A DNA stretch of 64,000 nucleotides, from NCBI RefSeq assembly GCF_003918875.1, contig NW_025767701.1, positions 620,001 to 684,000 of the forward strand, in the 5' to 3' direction. This stretch comes from Haliotis rubra (taxonomy: Eukaryota). Within the stretch, counting starts at the first letter, position 1. Each line of letters begins with the position of its first letter. The notes under the pieces are model-generated. The model saw nothing but the letters and a program-made list of their open reading frames with translations. It had not been told where the DNA came from and searched no databases. The position numbers and the translations under genes were made by a program. Below are positions 36,241 to 48,500 of the stretch, one piece after another.

Positions 36241-38251
36241 TCAGATCGTGATGAAATATTAACGAGTGTCTATCCATAAAGTGTTCCCCCTTCATCTCAC
36301 CAGCTTCTAAATGCCACTTAATGAAGTAAACGCCACTTAGAAGAAAATAAATGTCGGGTTCAGCTCATTTGGTTAAGGGGTCGATATGTTATTGTAAATA
36401 AAAGCGACAAAACCCTTTCCACATTCATAAGAAATATCTGCCAAAAGCAGATTTTCGACTGTGGCTATATTGTGAGCAGATATTTGTTTCAGCAGTATGT
36501 ATGATGTTGTTTGTAAACAAATCGGTTCTGAACCAGACAATCCAGTGATTGTCACCATGCAATACGATGACAGAGCATGTGTTAATGAATCATTATGAAA
36601 TAGTGAAGATACCAGGTGTTTGCGAAAAGGTGAGCGTATCCTGCCCCACCGGTGGCACCCGTCATAAACATATGCCAAGTCTAGTCATTTTGTTCACCTG
36701 AAATAATTCGTGAACGTATGGTATAAGTCAAAATAGGGAATTGCATCGGACGTCATTTTTGTCACTGATGCATCAAATGTAGAAATATCCTCCACATGTG
36801 ATGGTATTCTGTGCGTGTGTCAGCGTGCGCGCGTGCATGCATGTAGTGTGTGCGTGTGCGTATGAATGCTTGTTTTTATGGATTATTTACGGATTGGATT
36901 TGAAAATGTTTGAAATCAATATTTTTTCTTCAGATATCGTAATATCGTTGAAAGATCTGTTTTTACATATTTAGGCTCATAGCTATAAATTTGTAAGAAT
37001 CCGGTTCGGCAACTACACATGAAAATAATTATCTCCACAAAATCCCAGAATATCTAACGATCGATTTCTTAACGCATTAACTACTAATGTGTACTCGCTA
37101 CTGGATCAAGTGCCAAGAAAGGCGTTGAGAGAAGTACAGGTATATCACCACTGCATTAACTGATTTGCAATCTGAATGTGACCACTCGACATATCGTACA
37201 CGTTCAATGTAATGGCAATACCTTGTCATTCATGCTATGTTGATGGTGTTATTGTGATCGTCAATAGGCGTGTTGTATAGTCGAATATGATCGCTATTCG
37301 GTAAGGCGACATATCTCGCCTACAGCACTGTGAAGTGAACATGTCGACAATACTGTTATCCAGATATGGTTCGATAACCGATCAGGTGATTAGCTGATGG
37401 AATTGTACTAATAATACATGAAACATTGTTACTTTAGCGCATTGTGAACAATAAAACCCACGGATCGATTAAGTCTCTGAAATATGTTCAGCCAATTCTC
37501 AAAGCCTACGGCATTTAGATTTCCAGTATCATTAAGTCACTGTGCAATAGCACGCAGATCACTCTGGTAATGGAGAAGGACATGGACATGTTTCGTCGTA
37601 CTCGCTTTGTTGAATCCGAAGTGGAAACTAAATCTATGAATCGTAAGTGTTCATCAAATAATCATGAATCTAGCTCTGGGGTAAATCATTGCTTAATTGT
37701 CACATGCATCAAACAAAAAAAACTGTTTATGTAAACTGTGTTGGTGGCGGACACGCCATGTTTAACCTTTCCCCGAACACCTGGTGCCATCACTAATTTT
37801 CAATGATTCATTCATATCTCCATTTTGTCTTTTGTGCACTATGGAATCTGTGTCGGATAATTGACACTGGTTCTTTGGCGTTAGCTTTTACATTTCATCA
37901 AACACCAGGTTTTAGAGTGAATTATTTCAACTTTAGCCGTTTTCGTTGTATTTGTTTGGATTGAGGTAAAGTTAAAAAAGACTATGTTACTCTAGCCATG
38001 AAAGTGTACTTTTTTAATAGAGCCGAGCCACACTATATAAGGTATTGTTCTCTGGGGCAACGGGTTTGTCACGCATCAAGACCGGGTTCGATCCCCTGTT
38101 AGGATAGTGTCTTTCTCGGTGTTGCCATAAGAAGATTACTAGAAGCGAAAAAACCCGAATTCACTCACGAGCTCATGGGACCCTGCTTTCATATGACCCA
38201 TGTTCCCGTCACCTTACTAAGTTGCTATGGTCGATTTTACATTTTAAAACA

Positions 38252-38413
38252 NNNNNNNNNNNNNNNNNNNNNNNNNNNNNNNNNNNNNNNNNNNNNNNNN
38301 NNNNNNNNNNNNNNNNNNNNNNNNNNNNNNNNNNNNNNNNNNNNNNNNNNNNNNNNNNNNNNNNNNNNNNNNNNNNNNNNNNNNNNNNNNNNNNNNNNNN
38401 NNNNNNNNNNNNN
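38252..38413. other. Assembly gap (N run)
   Basis: 162 N. Confidence 1.
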
Positions 38414-39841
38414 CGCACACACGCACAGAAAAAGAAGAAAATCAAATAAAAAATTCACACGAAAAATGAACAAAACGGGTGACAGCTTAGTCAGCATAAT
38501 CAACGTACTAACTAAGGCATCCCTGCCGTGTCACAGACAGGCACGAGGAAGGATATGGGTGCGTCACATCCCGGACAACAAAGGAACATTGATAGCGTTC
38601 ATCAAAGTGAAATATGTCCAACTACGGGCATCCATACTTTGATGAACGTCGACCGCCACCAAGGGTATCTTTGAACCATGACAGTAAGAATTCCCTTTCT
38701 CTTACTTGACATTTTTGATAGACAATTTGCATGAAGTTGTCAGATGAGATGGAACCTAAGAGTTTGATTTTTACTAAGAGACGGAAACGAAATTGTGATG
38801 CATTTATGAGTGGCACTTGGGACAATAAATCACATATCTTGTATGGCATATTGGTCTTTGATGACTCATGACGGTTTCGGAGAGACACACAAGGAACTAG
38901 TGGGAAAGTACAGGGAGAGTGATGAATATGGTTTTACGCCGTTTTAACAATATTCCAGAAACATCAGGCTGGGGACACCAGAAATGGGCTTCACACATTG
39001 TACCCATGTGGAGAATCGCGAACCCGGGCCTACGGCGTGACGAGCGAACGCTTCAACCACTAGACTACCCCACCGCCCCTCCCCCAAGTAGGAAGTGATG
39101 TAGCTGTCTCACCTTTTACCGAAAAGATAAAAATGTTCCGGTAAAACCGAGGAAAAGGAGCATTGGTGCAGACAGATCATAACATAATCTTGGATCCGAA
39201 CCCACGACCAGCGTATCCGTCATATAGACAGATGTTTTAGTGTCGCCTCCTACAAGTATGACATGTATAAGGTATTTGTATATGGAACTCGTAACACGAT
39301 TTTGGCAATTTACCTCAGATTTTGTCCCGAGATTCCCTTTCTTTCACGTATTACCCTAAGTTCTGAAATCAAATTTGTATTTCCTGATGTCAAATTAAAG
39401 TAAATTCTATCCATTAAAATATGATTTCTCTGAATTAATTTCATGTAAAATAAAAGAATGCATATTCATGAGTTGAACCCATGCCACTGAGATCTGAGAC
39501 ACACGAGTGTGGGTTCGTTACGGCTTTCCGTGTATTTCCGGCATTTGATTAATCAGCCTCCCCCCCCCAGGGCTGTACCCCCGGGCTCTGTACCTGTGTT
39601 CAGCCAGGTGTGAAAGACGTGTGTCTGAGTCACGGTTGACTGAGGACGTCTCACTTAAGTACAGTGGTAGGGGTCGTTCAAGTGTATCGCAAGTCCCAGA
39701 CGCTCTTACAAACCGGAGATACAAGATTCCCACGAAACCATGTGAGGATTCGATCCAGCCATGCATGAATGTCTGCATTCCCACCAATATCATTATCCAA
39801 CATCAAGCTGACACTCCTTGGTATGACTACTGTCCAAAGAG

Positions 39842-40092
39842 TGAGTGAGTGACTTTAGTATTACGCCGCAGTCAGCAATATTCCAGCTATATGGCGTCGG
39901 TCAGTCTGTAAATAATCTGATCTGGACCAGACAATCCGGTGATCAACAGCATGAGCATCGATCTGCGCAATTGGGAACCGGTGACATGTGTCAACCAAGT
40001 CAGCCAGCCTGACCACCCGATCCCGTTAGTCGTGTCTTACGACAAGCATGGGTTACTGAAGATCAATATTCTAACCCGGATCTTCACGGGTC
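39842..40092 (-). mobile_element. Full-length family-C element
   Basis: 13-bp TSD actgtccaaagag at 39829-39841 and 40093-40105, which fixes the 5' end as GACCCG. Confidence 0.92.
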
Positions 40093-40294
40093 ACTGTCCA
40101 AAGAGACCTTATTAATATATCCATCGCTCCGTGAAAATATGTCCAACTTATTGCTACTCCACTTATAAACACACCTTCACACACATGAATTGACAGTTGA
40201 CATGTTTTTTTCTCCGTTTCATAATTGGTTTCAAATGAGGTGTTCGTCTTCAGCTTCAGCGTCGGCATGGCCACGACACCACGGCTACTGTGAT

Positions 40295-40554
40295 GAGTTA
40301 GTGAGTCAGTGAACAGTATTCCAGATATATGACGTTGTGTCTGTTTAATATGGGAGGAAATACCGTTATGATTCGGGTCTCAGCCGTTTACAATATGACT
40401 GTTACATAAAACCAACAGGCAGGGTATGGTGCTTACAAATCCAGAAACACAATCATGACAATTATGATTCGAACCTAGAATCGCAGGTTCCTGGCGTGTC
40501 CAAGGGACGCAACTCTGTAAGCAAATGGCGCCGCCTCAAACGATTTGACCACCG
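40295..40554 (-). mobile_element. SINE family D (A-box-like and B box separated by ~60 nt)
   Basis: Minus: GGTGGTCAAATCG...GGTTCGAATC, with a degenerate tail like families A/C. Confidence 0.55.
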
Positions 40555-41039
40555 AAAATTAATGATTGATTTGTATTTATACATTTAAGTTTTTTTCTTC
40601 TTTCTTCAATTATCTTGCTTATGTTTTGTTTTGCTTTCAGTCACTTTTGGATAAAGTAGATGGAAAACCAGTCTACGAAGATGGCTGAAATACGTCATCG
40701 TCCTGCCAGGCAGGGCATGCTGGGTAATATAATTATATCAGAAGATTTCAGTAAGTCAGAGCACGGAGTCAGGCCAGGAATTAGGTCACAGATGAAAGTA
40801 GCATCTCGTAAAACACATAAAAAGACATGCGGCGAGCCCAACTGAGATACATGGGATTATCTGCCCTGTCACAGGCCTTTGATCCGAGTCACGTGATCGG
40901 ATATAGGTGGGGACACATTTCCATTACCAGGTACATATAACACGCTGACTTCCAATAGTGGAGGGCGGTTCCTCTGGGACACATGTAGAAGCTCGTTGGG
41001 GTAATGACATAGACCCTCATTTGTGTAATGTCATTGTAG

Positions 41040-41335
41040 CAGGTAGAACATTCTAAGGGGTAGACAGAAAGAACATTCTCAGTGGTAGGCAGAAAGTTCA
41101 TTCCTGGAGAGTCAAACAGAACATTCTCAGGGGTAGACAGAAAGATCAGACTCAAATGTAGACAGGTAGAACATTCTCACTGGTGGTAGGCAGAAGAGAT
41201 CATTCTCTGGAGAGTCAACTGGTAGCCATGTAGAACATTCTCAGGGGTAGACAGAGAGATCAGACTCAAATGTAGACAGGTAGGACATTCTTACTGGTAG
41301 CCATGTAGAACATTCTCAGGGGTAGACAGGTAGAA
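41040..41335. repeat. Irregular minisatellite (gtagaacattctcaggggtagacag units)
   Basis: About 7 variant units read directly. Confidence 0.8.
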
Positions 41336-41340
41336 CTTAC

Positions 41341-41360
41341 CTGAGAAGCCAGAGTCTCAT
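41341..41360 (-). CDS. Candidate first coding exon of the mucin gene (MRLWLL...)
   Basis: ATG AGA CTC TGG CTT CTC AG|GTAAGT: a perfect donor and a signal-peptide-like start. It is phase 2, so an unidentified phase 2-1 exon is needed before 33561. Confidence 0.3.
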
Positions 41361-41402
41361 CAGTTACAAGAAGGCGCGTCAGTTCCGTGTGTGCGTGTGC
41401 GT

Positions 41403-41436
<34 letters not shown>

Positions 41437-41957
41437 CCCACAGCTAACATGAATACGAGCTTTTGTTGTTAGACGCCGAACTCAGAAATATTTCTGCTCC
41501 ATGCATATAATCGCATCTTCAAAACAAAGTCTAGTGACTGATATTATGAGCTTGCATCATGACGTCAGATTACCCGGAGCGTTATCACCAAAATCACCAC
41601 GATGACCACACGACCCAATACGTCTGCTCTTGCGAATATCCCAAGTTAACCACATCAAGACAATTACATCCGATCTGGAAGAATGTTCAGTGAGTGGTAT
41701 GGGCGTGCATCCATTCCGTCAACGCGTTTAACGCTATCGGCCAAATCACTTGACTGACTACTCGATTCATTGGCCGCCTTCCACGACAACCAAGGATTGC
41801 CTTAGACCAGACATTCCAACGGACCAAAACAAACCCAATAAGGCTAAAATATAAATTGTTAGGCCACCAGACCCATAGTGTCACCTATTACGACCCGTAC
41901 AGGTCAGGTGATCAGTTTGAATCCAGTATCCCTACACGGAGATAACTCTGTAAACAG

Positions 41958-42075
41958 GGCCCTAATTTTCGAAACGTTCGTAGCCCTACGAACTTCTTAA
42001 GCCTATTCTTAACACATTGGCTACGATCAAAGTTAAGAATTCTTAGGGCTATGAACGTTTCGAAAATACGGACCC
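41958..42075. mobile_element. Harbinger-like MITE (same family as 43503-43620 and 43681-43799)
   Basis: TIR core ttcgaaacgttcgtagccct; near-identical interior in three copies. Confidence 0.8.
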
Positions 42076-43502
42076 CGCATTATTTCATTAGCTCGTAAGA
42101 GCACTACCTCAATGGCCTCCAGTCTCTGTGCCACATATATATCGTTCCGTTCCAATTCCCGGCATATCTAAAGTCGACATCTTCACACAGCCTGACGGCC
42201 CGGGGCCACACAGTGTTGTTAGCAGATAACGGGGTACATAATGACATTGATATCGGGTACGACCTCCACCCTGAATACATGTGTCAGCCATAGAGCGCCG
42301 AGCGGCGGATTGAGATAATCACTTGTGTCCTGACAATGTCACAGACCAGAAACATGTACAATTGCCCTTCTATGTCGGCCAAGACTCGCTGAGTTGAATG
42401 AAGTGGACCGTGATTGAACACTCTGTAGTGGTAGAAGTCAAGTTAATAATACTGAGTGAGTTTAGTTTTACGCCGCCTTTAGAAATACTCCTGCAATATC
42501 ACGGCGGGGGACACCAGAAATGAGCTTCACACATTGTACCCACGTGGGGAATCGAACCCGGGCATTCGGCTTTACGAGCGAATGCTTTAAACACTAGGCT
42601 ACCCATTGCCCCAAAATAATAAAAACAGATAATCAAATGAGAGAGTTTGGCTTGGTTCTGGGCCAAGGACTACAGCCGGGAAGGGAGGTGCACTGGATAT
42701 TGATTTCACGTTTTCTACCCCTGGAACTAAACTCGGAAACTTAGTGTCAAGAGTTAACACTTGATCCACTTGTCTTCCTCCAGGGAAGCATCTTGAATAG
42801 ATGCAGTTTAATATTTCGCACATTTCTCGAGGGAATCAATCTATATAACTGTAATGGGTGAGCGCCTTTCAATAATATTCAAGCAATATCACGGCTGGCA
42901 CACCAGCCATCAATGGGCTTCACACATTGTGCCCATGTGGGGAATCGAACCTCGACTTCGGCGTGACCAGGCAACGCTCTAACCACCGGGCTACCCCACC
43001 GCCCTTTATTTGTAGAGCAAATACGTAGGTTCAAAGTGTCAGTCTGCGTATAAAAAGGTTATCTGATTGGATTGATTATGAATGTGACAAGAACATCATA
43101 ACAAATACCAAACATCAAAACGAGTTTATCTAATTCCACATTTCGAGGTAATAAACAGAATAATATCATAATTTATTTCTCGTTGGCATGTGTGTAGTAT
43201 ATATAATGATATACATTGCAACACTGTATCTAGTCATGTGACCTATCCTGTAATAAATATCGTTATTATATTCATGCGATATTTGCCGGCTGTTAACACG
43301 GAGATAACAACCTGTAAGGCGCCTGCCATTGTCATGACAACTAGAGCGTAGTGGGAGTATCATTATTGCACTTGTGTGAGTACAAGGGTATAATTTCTAC
43401 TGACGACAGACAACACAACAATAGGCGGCTGTAAACCAGGGTCCAGGTATAGCCTGGGTGGGTCCAAGGGAACAAAGGGCACTGCTGCATCAGCAAGAAC
43501 CT

Positions 43503-43830
43503 GGCTAGCTATTCTCGAAACGTTCGTAACCCTACGAACTTCTTAAACCCATTCTTAACACATTGGCTACGATCAAAGTTAAGAATTCTTAGGGCTACGA
43601 ACGTTTCGAGAATAAGGGCCCTGGGCCCCAAGATGTTCATAATGCAGACATGTAATAAAATTCGCTAACATGAAACATCAGGCTAGCTATTCTCGAAACG
43701 TCCGTAGCCCTAAGAATTCTTAACTTTGATCGTAGCCAATGTGTTAAGAATGGGCTTAAGAAGTTCGTAGGGCTACAAACGCTTCGAGAATAGCTAGCCT
43801 GATGTTTTATGTTAGCGAATGTTATGACAT
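43503..43830. mobile_element. Two MITE copies in inverted orientation; the second has 31-bp extra inverted flanks
   Basis: 43503-43620 and 43681-43799 are reverse-oriented; 43650-43680 mirrors 43800-43830 with 3 mismatches. Confidence 0.85.
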
Positions 43831-44135
43831 CTTACTATGATCACAAGCTGACGATTGAGTATTGATATATGGCGCTCTAAGCAAAATTCCAGCAATATCA
43901 CGGAAGGGGCACCATCAATGGGATTCACACATTGTTCCCATGTGGGGAATCGAACCCGGGTCTTCGGCGTGGCGAGCGAACGCTTTAACCACTATGCTAC
44001 CCCACCACCCCCACAAGATGACAGCGTGTCATTCTGCGTCTGACCCTTTCTACGCCTCTCAATTAGCCGCCAGAATTCGATTATTCATACTGAAAATTTC
44101 GTTAGCGTGACACCGTCAAATCCGTGCTTCAACGT

Positions 44136-44470
44136 AAACTGTCTACGAAAGGTGGACTTTATTCAAATAGCGTGTCACTTACTCACTCACTCCACAACAA
44201 GTTTGATATAGTGTCTTTAATACACCTGGTCCACATCACGTGTAAGTCTCTTCACAGCGTGACATGGGTAAGCATGACTACCGAACTGAAAATCCTATTA
44301 ATTCCACGAAAACTGTCTACGTAAGGTGGACTTTATTCAAATAGCGTTCATGCAGTCACTCACTCGACAAAAATAGTTTGATATAATGTCTTTAATACAC
44401 CACATCATGTGTACGTCTCTTCACAGCGTGACATGGGTGACCATGGCAACTGAACTGAAATTCCTATTAT
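44136..44470. repeat. Diverged tandem duplication, ~174-bp unit x2
   Basis: aaactgtctacg.aaggtggactttattcaaatagcgt and tcttcacagcgtgacatggg each occur twice. Confidence 0.85.
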
Positions 44471-45335
44471 TTTTTCTCCCATCTCGTTATTCCCATAACT
44501 ACCATGGCCGACCAGGTATCCAGGCACTCCGCCTACATCATTACAGTTTAATACCACTGCTATTATCCCGGGAGCACTCCCAACTTTCTCATGCTCTGTC
44601 CAGTCCCATTACTACAGACACAGCCTGGGGGGACGTACCTGCATTGTCCCCTTCCCTAATCCGCACCTGTTTGGCTGATTTCACACACCTGAGGGATTAG
44701 GACATGCAAATGTAGAAATACCTTTGTCATGACCACGTGGGCCATTGTTTCTGAGTCAAGGTACACCGAAATGTAGTAAAATAAATATTCCAAGCTGATG
44801 TCCAGCTTGGATTACAGGTGTGAGTTTGATGATCCGTCAGCAATAGTCAACCCAGGCTTAACTTGTCGTGGTGTCGATGCGAAAAAACATTCGATCCCAT
44901 CTTTGACTAAGCCGTATTTTTATACAGAAAACTATATGTAGTCTTTATTTAAATAACAGTGCAACGAACATGAACAAGATTCTTGACCTTAGGTGACAGT
45001 GACATTTGTGGAGTGAATCCCCTATAGACACGTGTAGTACATGGTATCAATGATGTATGGACTATGAATGGAGTATGAATGGAGTATACACTACGGAGAT
45101 CCCATCCCTACCCGCCTACAAGCATACAAAGCATCTCTAGCGTTGCTGTAGTCGAGACAAGACAATAGCGGAATATTCACAGAAGGTCCAGAGGTCATAC
45201 ATATTCATTAGCGTGTACCAGCCGCCGATTGGTTGTCATGGGTCACGTGGTTTATCAAGGGAGTTCACTGATACATTTTAGATGATCCATTTACGTGGGG
45301 GGTCAGTGTTCCAATCAAAGCAAATAATGCCCATT

Positions 45336-45552
45336 TCTACTTCTGCTACCACCACTACTACTACTACCACTACTACTACGACGACTACTACGATTATTAC
45401 TATTACTACCACCACCACAACTATTACTACTACAACTTAAGGTGCTGCTGTTACTACTACTACTACAATTTATGCTGTTGCTACTAATACTACTACCACT
45501 ACTACTTCTACTACGTCTACGTCTACGTCTAATGTCAATAATAATAATAATG
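45336..45552. repeat. Compound trinucleotide microsatellite (CTA/CCA/ATA)n
   Basis: Direct reading; a (GAT/GAC)n run also lies at ~46062-46148. Confidence 0.9.
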
Positions 45553-48500
45553 ATAACAGTACTAGTTGACTGGCTGATTTGTTGTTTAGCACCGCACTCA
45601 GCAATATTACCGTTATATGGCGGTCTGTAAATAGTCGAGTCTGGACCAGACAATCAAGTGATCAACAGCATGAGCGTTGATCTAAGCAATTGGGTGAGTG
45701 AGTTTAGTTTTATGCCGCACTCAGCAATATCCCAGCTATATGGCGGCGGTCTGTAAATAATCGAGTCTGGACCGGACAATCCAGTGATCAACAGCATGAG
45801 CATCGATCTGCGCAATTGGGAACCGGTGACATGTGTCAACCAAGTCAGCGAAACTGACCACCCGATCCCGTTAGTCACCTCTTACGACAAGCATAGTCGC
45901 CTTTTATGGCAAGCACATGGGCTGCTGAAGACCTATTCTAATCAATTTGCATACGATGACATGTGTCAACCAAGTCAGCGATCCCCTTAGTCGCCTCTTA
46001 AAACAGGCATGGGTTGCTGAAGACCAATCCTAACCCGGCTCTTCACGGTTCTAACAAAACTATGATGATGATGACGATGGCGACGACGACGACGACGACG
46101 ACGATGATGATGATAGATGATGATGATGATGATGATGAGATTGATGACTTAACAAATTCCTTAACAGCAGATTAAAAAAAAAGAAAAAAAGACATCTGTC
46201 CATAAATCATTTCTCGAACGACAGCAGGAGAAATGCTGTCATCATCAAAGGTATTACTGATCGGTTTTCCTTCCTACCATGATGCAGTAGCGTAGATTGT
46301 AAATACCTGCCACATATCCAACATACCTGTCGCCGACTACCATTCAGACAGTCAGTCAGTCAGTCTTTCAGTTGAGTTCCTACACATAACACCTCCCAGG
46401 GTTAATGTATATACACTGGCGGAGTAGAGGGTATTACTTACCGGCCCGATAGCCCGAGCCCTAGATTCCCATCATTATAAAGACATGTGTTTCATCGACA
46501 TTATAAGGGACACAATAGATGTCTATAAAAGGGTGTTTTAAAGAAATAAAAATATCATTGCCCCATTGAGTCCTGTAGTTCTATTATACATTGTTACCAA
46601 GCGTGAGTTATACAGGGTAATAACTGTCCGGTATTGTATTGTCGTGAGGGGAGAATCTCATACTCAGCCCGGCGTTGATATTAAGCAGGTTGATATTGTC
46701 GTATATCGCACGGTTAAATCTGACAGCGAGACAGCGCACCCGATGACCACGCCTGGCTAAACTGGTCTCCGTCTGACACAGTGACCTTGTCACGCCAAGG
46801 TCGAGTGGCAGGAAAAAGGTCAGGTGAACACGCTGTTGAGAGTGTCAATGGTTATGATGGCGATGATTCAGGTTGAGCTGTCTTGTCACAGGTAACCTGT
46901 CATGTTCTGCTCTGTGATACAGAGGACGGTGATTGACAAGAGCTCGAGGCAAGCTTTAAAAGGCACACCGGTTCCAGGTGATTGACAGACAACAAGCATA
47001 CTTGACTTAATAAGGGGATTTATGAGTATGTCTCAGATTTAGGTGAATGAGTTTAGGTTAAGTGGGCGATGCTATTACCCCGTATTTGCAATATATGAAC
47101 AATATTCATCGGAAATCGGACATTATTACGTCCAGCAATACGTCAATTGTGACATCACCCGCGCGAGTATGACGTGGCGTTTATATGACATCACAATGAC
47201 AGAAATTGTATACGAAATACTGAGTGGTCAAGAATACAATGAGCGAGTGAGTTTTAGTAATATTCCAGCAAAATCACTGCAGGGGACACCATAAATGGGC
47301 TTCACACATTGTACCCATTTGAGGAATCGAACCCGGCGTGACGAGCGAACGCTTTAACCACAGGGCTACCCCACAGCCCCTCAAGAATACAAGACGACAA
47401 TGCAGTTGACCGACCTTTAGTTGAATAAGAGTAAAATACAGTGATATACAATGTCGTATATTGTCAAAAAACACCACGTTTACTGTTGAAAAAAGTGTTA
47501 TTTCCATACCATTAAATATCTCACGGTAGAGAACGTTTATACTAAATGTGTGTGATTGAGTTTGGATTTTTCATCAGACATATTCGTTCATTTAATAAAC
47601 GGCTGATAATATTTACAATACTATTTTGCGATATATTGTAGTGTAGTCACCGGCAGTCAGTATGGTATTAGGACAGTTCACTGCCAATTATAACAAGATT
47701 TTCTCTTGAACCAAATCACTCTCCTCCGGGATCTCAAGCCCAGGATTCAGCCGGTCGGGGCGAGTCGCGTTCCCCTACTCGTGATGAGCAAACACTTTTC
47801 CGTATAATCGGTGTACTCAGCAGTATAATCTTCAATGACTTCTCGTCGTGTACATAGACTGGTGACAGATCAGCCGCTTGATGTTTACATATAGGGGTGT
47901 ACATTGTGATAGGCTACTGTTTGAGCACATATAGGGTGACAGCTCCTTGCACTGAAAACATAGTGGAACTACTACTGACGGGTGGAAGGGAGTAAGTGAG
48001 TGAGAGGGTGAGTGGTTGAGTGAGTGAGTGAGAGGGTGAGTCAGTAAATAGTGTGAGTGAGTGAGCGAGCAAGTAGTGTGAGTGAGCGAGTGAGTGAAAG
48101 CTTACGAAATATTCCGACTTAGGACACCCTAATATAGGCTTCACACATTGCAACCATGTGGGGGACAAACTGGGGCCTTCAGCGTGAAATATTGGGGATG
48201 GGGGTCCGGGCGGTATGCATTGGGAGGGAGCTACAATTTGGGGGAAAGTATTAACATTTCTTCAACATGTACGATACGTGTCGTGTTCACAAAGGACATA
48301 CGAATGGCCGGGTGTCCAGGCGATGTACTGCAACGTGTTTTCCCATGACTAACAGTTATCTCGTGTCGATCGAACATCATCCACGGCGAAGAGGAAAACA
48401 TCTCATCACAAAACCATATCCGCTTTCGAAAGGACTAAAATTAGCACCGTTATCGTGTATCTGACCTAAAATAAAATCATGTTTATAACATGTTAAATGT

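Noticed and set aside
38175-38642. ORFs spanning N runs (also 52806-53099)
   Set aside because: Artefacts of assembly gaps.
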